DNA of 64,000 nucleotides from Eledone cirrhosa (Eukaryota), in NCBI GenBank assembly GCA_964016885.1, contig OZ024743.1, positions 338,644,001-338,708,000 of the forward strand. The letters are read 5' to 3'. The position numbers and the translations under genes are program-made. Positions 54,614-64,000 of this stretch are shown here, piece after piece. Position 1 is the stretch's first letter. Each line of letters opens with the position of its first letter. The notes beneath the pieces are model-generated. The model saw nothing but the letters and a program-made list of their open reading frames with translations. It searched no databases and was not told where the DNA came from.

Positions 54614-55397
54614 GAAGAAATCAGCTGTGTTCAAATGTGAAGCGGGGCTGGGCTCCGCCAGATTTAAAATTCCAAAGACGTGCTGTACAACACTACAGTA
54701 CCCCTACGACTCAATCAGGAGTTACGTGTCAGTACATACAATATTTAAATCGCGTAGTTTTAAGTTATCGAACACTCCCACACTCAGGATGACTACTTAG
54801 TTGGTAGCTATGGTGGACAGACAAATATAATCATCAATAACAATACCTTATGTAAGTATTGTGCTAGTTTAGTACTGAGGCAGTAAAAAAAAGTATGAAC
54901 CACCCACCACAAGCTAGATTTATATCTCAAGTGGTTCATAATGCAGCTGTGATTCTTAAGTGTGAACAGTCTGTATCAACTGATGTAGATCAAATAAGCA
55001 ATGACGCAAATACTGATGTAGTCCCTTGGGTTTTAATGATATTTCTGGCTTTATTAATAAAGATTGTAATTTAATAACTGATAGAGGGGACAGAAATTGT
55101 AAATGATGTTAGATACAGTTCTCAAATAACAACAGGAATTAAACCAATTCGTTTCCAGTAGATGTGATATCACTGTTACGTTAATATTATTGCATGCATT
55201 TTGCGTGTTTACACGAGATGGATACTATCTAAGGGAACTAAGGAAAGGAGGGGGTTAACTAGTTTGTTGAAATTGTTTAGTAGTTATCAGCTATATAAAG
55301 TAACTGTGAAAGAAACAATCGCGTACGACATCGGTTATATCTCGATAAGCACTGCACAATACGACAGTTAGAAAGAAATATGATATATGCATTAGAG

Positions 55398-55737
55398 CAG
55401 AGGTTCTCAAACCTTTTAGCCCCCCCCCACCCACCCCGTCACGGCCACGTAATACCCTCAACGCCCCCAACGCTATTTCCAGAGAGACCTGTCTACACGC
55501 AAATTGTAAATAATATATAATAGATAAAATCGTTAATTTACATATAATGAATAATATATATACTATGTATTAATAAATATTATATTTTTTTTATTTTACT
55601 ATATTTATATATATGTATCATTTGGTATCTAATATACTATGCTATCATCTCTACCGCCCCCTTGGGCCCCATCGCTCCCTGGACCTTTCCAACGCCCCCC
55701 GGGGGTAGCGCCCATTTGCCCACTTTGAGAACCTCTG
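55398..55737. mobile_element. hAT-superfamily MITE (340 bp)
   Basis: TIR CAGAGGTTCTCAAA / TTTGAGAACCTCTG; 8-bp TSD CATTAGAG at 55390-55397 and 55738-55745. Confidence 0.9.
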
Positions 55738-55882
55738 CATTAGAGTAACACAGAGCTTAATTTTTTTTAAATAAGGTAATTTCTATCAATATTCTAACTG
55801 TCCAATAATAAGCTGTAGTTATAATACTCTCAAATAGATGCTAAATAAATTAAGAAGACTAGTAAAAGAAACTAATTATAAT

Positions 55883-56066
55883 AATTGTTTCTACTATTGG
55901 CACAAGGCCAGCAATTATCCAGTACATTACTGGTACTTTATTTTATCGACCCCGTAAGGATGAAAGGCAAAGTTAACCTCGGCGGGATTTGAACTCAGAA
56001 TGGCAAGGGCCGTAACTCTATGCGTCAAAGCATGGCGTCCGACCCTCTACCGATACTGCCAATTCA
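55883..56066 (-). mobile_element. tRNA-derived SINE
   Basis: Full-length family copy. Confidence 0.85.
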
Positions 56067-56149
56067 CAATAATAGTAACTACATTTAAAATACATCACTG
56101 AAATTTTGACAATATTATATTTACCACGAATACAGAGAGGAAGGAGCCT

Positions 56150-57130
56150 TCTGATAGTAGAAAACTATTATAAAATATCCACTGTAGAATTACAAAAACA
56201 TCTAGTAAATATCTAAAAAGCATTTATACAAAGAATTAAAAAATTCGAACAAAACAAAACTAAATATGAGAAAAAAAACAACTGTTTTCTGTCTCTAAGG
56301 AAGTCAATACAAAACAGAAGCTGAAGTAGCAGACAGTTGTAAAGAGAAAGAAGAAACATTTACGGAAATTGTGAAAAACGTAAAAGCGAAGCTAAAAATA
56401 TGACTACAGGAAACCATGCTAAATTGATGGCAAGAAAATCCCCTACATATCCACTATACGAAAAAATAAATAGAAATGTGATTGGCAAAACAAAATAAAA
56501 ACGAAAAATATTAAGGGAAAAACTGAGAAACAAAGGACCCATAGCTGAGACTGAAAGATCTTGATTACGGTGCAAGATCAAAACTTCCCTATTAGAAACC
56601 ACAAAAACAAGTATTGAAACAATATACTAAGTAACTGGAGAATAAGTGGAATCAGAAAGAAACTATTAACCACATTGTCTCTGACCGTTATTTCTTAACT
56701 AAGAAAGAATATAGTTACATGCATGACAGAGTTAAAGCTTTTATGCACTGGAAGTTATGCCAATATTATGAAATACCAACAGAAAATGTGGTATAAGCTA
56801 TGAAAAAAAGCTTCAGAGAATGAAAAGCGACGATAGTCTGAGATATGCTAATCCACACAAGCAAGAAATAATGACTAATGGGCCGGATATTTTTGTCAAG
56901 ATCTACCAAGAACTACCTCCCAATTGAAATATCAGTCCCTATAGACAGTAAAGTATATCTAAAGGAAATAGAGAAAATATCCAAACATAAAATTGTGGAA
57001 ATAGAAATAGCCAGAATATAGGAATTGAAAACAGAAAGAATCGCTATTAAAATAGTTGTCTTGGGAATGTTTTATAAAGAGACAGATGCATACATAATCA
57101 AAATCCCACATCTTACAAAAACAGCAAAAC
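56150..57130 (+). pseudogene. Eroded 3' part of an R4/Dong-like LINE with restriction-like endonuclease
   Basis: ETINHIVS, HDRVKAFMHWKLCQYYEIP, PDIFVK, IEISVP fragments with many stops. Confidence 0.6.
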
Positions 57131-57228
57131 ACACAGACAGACACACACACACACATACACACACACACACGAACTAATTCAACAGTATAGTGAATATTAC
57201 TGCGATATTACTGTAAAAAAGTAATAAT

Positions 57229-58745
57229 TTATTTCTATATTTGGCACAAGGCCAGTAATTTGGGGAAGGGGGAAAGTCGATTATATCGACCCCTGTACAC
57301 GACTGGTACTTTATTTTGTCGACCACGAACCGTAACTCTGAAATAAAGTAATAATAATAGTTTTCTAATCCAAGCACAAGGTCAACTGTTTGTGGGAGGG
57401 AGAAATTTGATTAAATCGTCCTCAGTATTTGACTGGTACTATATTTTACTGAAGGATGGAAGGTAAAGTTGACTTCGATCGGATTTGAACTCATAACGTA
57501 ATCAGCTGTAACGGAATGCCACAAAATAATAGGTTCTAATTTAGATACAAGGTCGACAATATTCGGAGAAGGACACGGTTGGTTAAATGAACCTCAGTAC
57601 TTCACTGGTACATAATTTTATCGACCCTAGTAGGATGAAAGGCAGCATTGACTTTGGCGGGATTTGAACCCAGAACAGGAATAAAAACTATGAAGCGTTT
57701 GTTTGATGCCAATCCACCATCACCACCCTCATAATAACAAGGGTTTTTGATTTAGGCACAAGGCCAGCAATTTTGGGGAAGGGGGAAGTCGATTAAATTG
57801 ATCCCAGTGCATTACTGGTACATTATTTTATCGATACCATAAGGATGAAAGGCAAAGCTAACCTCGGAGAGATTTGGACTTGGAACGTAAAGGGCCATAA
57901 CTCTTTGCTGCAAAGTTTGTCGTGCAACGCTCTACTGATTCTGCCAGTCCACCGCCCTCCTCATTATAATAATAATGTTTTCTGATTTAGGCACGAGGCC
58001 AGCGGTGGAGAAGGTCATATTTTGCTATGAACTATCACTCGATTCAGCAGAGGTGAGTGTTGACTGTGTAGTGGAAAATGCAGGTTTAATAATATTTCTT
58101 ACTGAGGCCAGAACATGAAATGTCAAAACTAGACGATGGAGGGAGGATAGCTGGGAGAAGGGAACGCACATTATAGAGCTATCCTATCCTAGGGTGCTAA
58201 ATACCAGGGCACTGGCTCTAGACATAACCATGTTTCAGAAAATAGCAATACTTAGGATCTGTAGATATTTTTACAACATTCTCACGCAGTATTTGTGAAC
58301 ATCTTTGGTGACCTTGAACTTTTAATGCATGTTTTCCAACATGTGCCAAATTCTTGTTTTACGAAGGAAAATTCTTGTTACTATTTTTTGAAACCATGAA
58401 TTATTATAAAGATAACAATAGTTTCTAATTTAGGCAAAAGGCCAGCAATTGTTTTTAGGGGTGGTAGACAAGTGGAAAGTCTATTATATTGACACCCCCC
58501 GTACTTAACTGGTTCTTTATTTTATCGAACCAAGAAGGGCGAAAAGGACAGATGACCTTAGCGAGATTTGAACTCAGATCGTAGAAAGAATAAACCACCG
58601 AAAACCAATTTGTCCGACACTCTACCGATACTGCCAAATAAAGGCTTCTAATTTAGGCACAAGGTCAGCAATGATTATAGGAAGTAACATTCTATTGGGT
58701 TAACTCTAGTAATTAACTGGTATTTCATTTCATCGTCTTCAGAAG
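57229..58745 (-). mobile_element. Cluster of about 6 diverged SINE copies or fragments
   Basis: Repeated GGCACAAGGCCAGCAATT..ACTGGTAC..ATCGACCC..GATTTGAACTC. Confidence 0.7.
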
Positions 58746-58886
58746 CATCAAAGTTGACTCTCACACATGCGTACTCGCACACATACAAACAGTTATTCGC
58801 ACATACACGCATATTTACATACACATTTACATGCGTATATATATATATATACCTTTTCTATAAAAATACTTAACATATATTTACAT

Positions 58887-58959
<73 letters not shown>

Positions 58960-58967
58960 AACATTAA

Positions 58968-59090
58968 ACATTCAAGACATTTAATCACTGACAATTGTTT
59001 CTTCCCATAGGAATATACCACAGTAATCTGCTGTCTGAAATATATTACTATGGGAAGAAACAATTGTCAGTGATTAAATGTCTTGAACTT
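58968..59090. repeat. Fold-back with a hammerhead 3' half
   Basis: TTCAAGACATTTAATCACTGACAATTGTTTCTTCCCATAG and its reverse complement; GAAA-CAATTG-TC^AGTG. Confidence 0.75.
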
Positions 59091-59189
59091 TCAATGCTGG
59101 TTTATAAACATATTGTAACTATATACTGGCTCTGCTTGATCCCATCGTAGCATTGAGCTAAAATACACCTAGTAAATGAGTAATATTTA

Positions 59190-59250
<61 letters not shown>

Positions 59251-59256
<6 letters not shown>

Positions 59257-59697
59257 GATATTAAACAAATGGAAACTATATTTATAAAACCATATTTATT
59301 TCATTATACATATTTCGGGGATACCATATTAAAAATATGGCATGCCTTCTTCAGATAAAATACAATATATAAACATTTTATAAATAATTTTGACGTACCA
59401 TAAATATTGACCAACCGTTATGTAAAAAGCTGGTTTGGTAGTGAGATGTTTACAAATATTTAGTGTTAAGCACTGTGCTTAACACTAAATATTTGTAAAC
59501 ATCTCACTACCAAACCAGCTTTTTACATAACGGTTGGTCAATATTTATGGTACGTCAAAATTATTTATAAAATGTTTATATATTGTATTTTATCTGAAGA
59601 AGGCATGCCATATTTTTAATATGGTATCCCCGAAATATGTATAATGAAATAAATATGGTTTTATAAATATAGTTTCCATTTGTTTAATATCGTATAT
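59251..59697. repeat. Near-perfect fold-back (arms about 220 bp) with a hammerhead in each arm
   Basis: Centre AAGCAC-T-GTGCTT at about 59474. Confidence 0.9.
59586..59651 (+). ncRNA. Type I hammerhead ribozyme (mirror copy at about 59296-59361, minus strand)
   Basis: TATTTTAT-CTGAAGA-AGGCATGCCATATT..AATATGGTATCCCC-GAAA-TATGTA-TA^ATGAAATA. Confidence 0.85.
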
Positions 59698-59861
59698 CTA
59701 CTCCAAAACTTGTCGAGTGCTTTATATCAGTTATAAAATATTTACTTGTTGTAACCCAACAATTTTATATAAAACTTTTGCATATATATATATATATATA
59801 TTTGAAAAAAGGAAAAGAATGACTTCACTTATAGTTCTAAACAATTTGATTTAATTTTATA

Positions 59862-60049
59862 ATTGTTCATACTTTTGGCACAAGGCCAGCAATTACACAG
59901 TACATTACTGGTACTTTATTTTATCGACCCCGTAAGGATGAAAGGCAAAGTTGACCTCGGCGGGATTTGAACTCAGAATGGAAAGGGCCGTAACTCTATG
60001 CGTCAAAGCATGACGTCCGACCCTCTACCGATACTGCCAATCCACCGCC
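59862..60049 (-). mobile_element. tRNA-derived SINE inserted in fold-back 59797-60276
   Basis: Full-length family copy; flanking arms TTTGAAAAAAGGAAAAGAATGAC / GTCATTCTTTTCCTTTTTTCAAA. Confidence 0.85.
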
Positions 60050-60306
60050 CTTTTATTTTAAAATGGTTAACTTGGGGTGGAGAACTTTCTCGCATTCGTC
60101 GGTGGCGATTGTCAAACTGAGATCTCAGTTTGACAATCGCCCGGAATCTTTAAAAATCTTCGCACCGAAGTTAACAAAGAAATTACTAGATCTACCAACT
60201 CATAATATAATATTATAAAATTAAATCAAATTGTTTAGAACTACAAGTGGTCATTCTTTTCCTTTTTTCAAATATACCTAATTGTACCAAGGATTTTACA
60301 CATTTT

Positions 60307-60366
<60 letters not shown>

Positions 60367-60464
60367 CATATATATATATTCTATTCTAGTCGATCGACTT
60401 TCGTCAAATCGGACCGAGGAAACTATGTTTCCGTTGGTCTTTCCAATTGCTAATACTATCTATC

Positions 60465-60985
<521 letters not shown>

Positions 60986-61097
60986 GTAATCAGAGTTTTT
61001 CGAATATTAATAATAAGATTCGATTCGTTTGTAATTATGCAAACAAGCCTCATTTATATATATATATATATGTATATATATATAGGAAAAAGTATGA

Positions 61098-61191
61098 CCC
61101 CGACGGCAGAGCTCAAGCCGTTTCGACGGCTATTTCTGGACTAAATTATAATTTTTAGCCTGGTGAATAAATAGCCGAACTTTTCAAGGGG
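61098..61191 (-). ncRNA. Type I hammerhead, U3-A8 variant, with stable intramolecular helix III
   Basis: CCCC-TTGAAAA-GTTCGGCTATTT...AAATAGCCGTC-GAAA-CGGC-TTGAGCTCT-GCCG-TC^GGGG. Confidence 0.8.
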
Positions 61192-61274
61192 GTACTTCCT
61201 TATATGGGAAGATTGTAGTTGTCAAGAGGATTGGTTAAAATTTGTTGTAAACACAAAATGTATATATATATATG

Positions 61275-61360
<86 letters not shown>

Positions 61361-61779
61361 AAATAAATTTTATTAAATTAAAATAAATTAAAGGAGTCAT
61401 GTCTGAGACATGCGCCATATCCACTGTAGAATAATCTCCAAGAATCCAATGAATAGATCCGAGCATTTTATATCAACTAGAAATTGATTGACATATATAT
61501 ATATATATCTAAAATAAACACGTGTTTATTTTAAATATATGTATATATGTCAACCAATTTCTAGTTGATATATATATATTGCTAAGTTTCACTTCAAAAT
61601 ACTTAAGAAGACTGAGAGAAATGTGTTGTTGAACGCACATGTGTCACAGCGCCTAGCTCGTCCCATACTCGTGCCGGTAAAATACTCGTGCCGCTATATA
61701 TATATATATATCACTGACGAAGGACTATTTTTATCATATGTAACCCATGTGCAACCACGCAGTATTCTTCTTTCTTCTC

Positions 61780-61881
<102 letters not shown>

Positions 61882-62140
61882 CCGAGACAATATTCATTTG
61901 GTTTTGGTTTATTAAAATCCATAATGTATATTTTGGTGAGGACTATCAGGAATGATAGTCTGAGCTTCTCAAACGGTAAACCTATAAAACAACGAAATAA
62001 TATTTTTAAAAAACGTTTAGATTTGGAAGAGGTTTATTTTTGTTGATACTGGGGACTGTTGGACGTGTGATGTTACTTCCTCAACAGTCGGCCCCTGTAT
62101 CCCTAGTCAGACTATATATATGTGAGTGTGTACATACATA

Positions 62141-62722
62141 CATGGTGGCTGCCAACTCGTTTTCGAGTACGGCCACTACCTTATATCCATGTAGGAGAAC
62201 CCCTACCGATGAGCTGAACGAGTGTGACTTTTTAGTCCAGCCAGCGACTTGAAAACTCTGGTACAAACACTACACTTGTGACAATTATTGAAACATAGTG
62301 CTGGGCCCATGGTACCATGTGATGACAAGTGCAGAGAGATCTCCAGATATAAAGCAATGCCCGTGCCGTGAAGCTTTTATAATGAGCAAATGCACTGCAC
62401 AAAGCCAGTCCCACTCTCTTAAACAAGATGATATTTACCAAAAAGAAAAACAAGTCAACATCATTGGATACCATCAGGGTTGCAGGTGTTATATCAGAGT
62501 TTTCCTTCTCGTAGAATTCTGCCTTGACAAAGGCTAAGGGGTCATCTCTCCCGGTGATTTTGGATGGCCATTAACTCTTAAGGGCTCCTTTGCCCTTTAA
62601 CATGTTTTGTTTTTAGTCCTGCAGGATGTCTAAAGTCACCCTCCTCACCAAGAAACCTTGGTGGGGTTGCCAGTTTAGTCGCCAACGACTCGACCATGAG
62701 ACAGGTTGTACTGGGATACATG
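62141..62722 (-). mobile_element. RTE-5'UTR-like dispersed repeat
   Basis: Close copy of 47467-48017. Confidence 0.6.
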
Positions 62723-62792
62723 TATGTATGTATGTATGTATGTATGTATGTATGTACCAACATACATACATACATATGCACTCACACACGCA

Positions 62793-62865
<73 letters not shown>

Positions 62866-63049
62866 TTCTCATGCAGATCCAGCGTGCTGGGGCGTGACAA
62901 GGCTGGCCCATTAGACTGCGCGTGAAGCCCATCTTGAATTATTGTGTAAGTGGCTAAACATTCCACAGGCACATTTACTCTGAACGTAGATATCAAAAGC
63001 ATTCAGTGACACAGTGTGTGTCAAAGCTGACCCACTGATTTATAGGTAC

Positions 63050-63245
63050 AACTCATTTTTACTCAACTCAGCCGCTTCGGTCACAAACTCCGGTACTGCG
63101 GCCCACAAAGGGAGGGAATCCAATAAATACCGGGGATTGTTCGGCCGCTTCCTCTTCGCTCCGGTCGCCGTCGAGACCTCAGGCGCACTTGGACCCCTTA
63201 CTGATGAGCTCCTCCGCAAGATCGGAACGCCAGCAACCCGTCTGA
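63050..63245 (+). pseudogene. Fragment of a restriction-like endonuclease from a CRE/R2-group LINE
   Basis: AAHKGRESNKYRGL..FLFAPVAVETSGALGP fits the K..KY..L...F.P.A.ET.G motif. Confidence 0.6.
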
Positions 63246-63471
63246 GTAGAGTCCTTGCCCTTCCCTTCATTTTCCGTTTTTAAATATCATATCTGTAGTG
63301 TTGTTGCTATTTGAAATAGATTTGTTTATGATTGTTTTGTTTTGTTTTTTTTATTAATAAAACATATACGATGTAAAATTTTCGAATAATTTTGAAAATA
63401 AATTATTGATAAAGTAATATAATAAATGTTTATTCTTTTAATAATTTATTAATGAACCAGTGCCGTCAATA

Positions 63472-63887
63472 ATGGTTTCTATATTTGGCACAAGGCCAGC
63501 AATTTGAAGGGGAAATGTCGATTAAATCGACCCCAATCCGTTACTGATACTTTATTTTATCGACCCCGTAAGGATGAAAGGCAAAGCTAACCTTGGCAGG
63601 ATTTGAACTCAGAACATAAAGAGCCAGAATAAATACCACAGTGATATTTTATCTGACGTTCCACCAATTCTGCCAATCCAACGCTCTTTTAAAGATAATT
63701 GCTTCTACTTTTGGCACAAGGCCAGCAATTATCTCAGTGCATTATTGGCACTTTTATTTTATCGACCCCGTAAGGATGAAAAACAAAGTTAACTTCGGCG
63801 GGATTTGAACTCAGACCGTAAAGGGCTGTAACTCTATGCTGCAAAGCACGGCGTCCAAACCTCTACCGATACTGCCAATCCACCGCA
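63472..63887 (-). mobile_element. Two tandem tRNA-derived SINE copies
   Basis: Family core motifs. Confidence 0.8.
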
Positions 63888-63966
63888 AACAATAACGTTG
63901 AAGATATTCAATATCTAGAGTACAGGATTGGTATGCCATATATACTTGGATTAGTGAATATATAGT

Positions 63967-64000
63967 GGAGGCGCATGGCTTAGTGGTTAGAGCGTTGGAC
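63967..64000 (+). mobile_element. 5' start of a tRNA-derived SINE (cut by window end)
   Basis: GGAGGCGCATGGCTTAGTGGTTAGAGCG A box. Confidence 0.55.

Noticed and set aside
61933-61965. Hairpin GGACTATCA-GGAA-TGATAGTCT preceded by TTGGTGA
   Set aside because: No GAAA and an altered core; cannot be called a hammerhead

Overview
AT-rich animal genomic DNA, probably a cephalopod such as octopus (inferred from the dominant tRNA-derived SINE), with no host gene that I can recognise. The window is almost entirely mobile DNA and microsatellite. It holds a head-to-tail cluster of decayed Tx1/L1-type LINEs (1-11.2 kb), one near-intact 5'-truncated Penelope-like element (PLE) RT+GIY-YIG ORF (20209-21888, Naiad-like), three more PLE endonuclease fragments, non-autonomous Helitrons, a hAT MITE, RTE/R4/CRE-type LINE remnants and many SINEs. 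The main hidden layer is a set of about 20 type I hammerhead-ribozyme motifs (intact, degenerate or half) from about 10 sequence families, several with a compensatory U3-A8 core. They sit mostly in short fold-back PLE derivatives inserted into (TA)n tracts. One PLE endonuclease fragment has a single in-frame TGA exactly at a conserved Cys, a selenocysteine candidate. All calls are by eye, and element boundaries are approximate unless stated.
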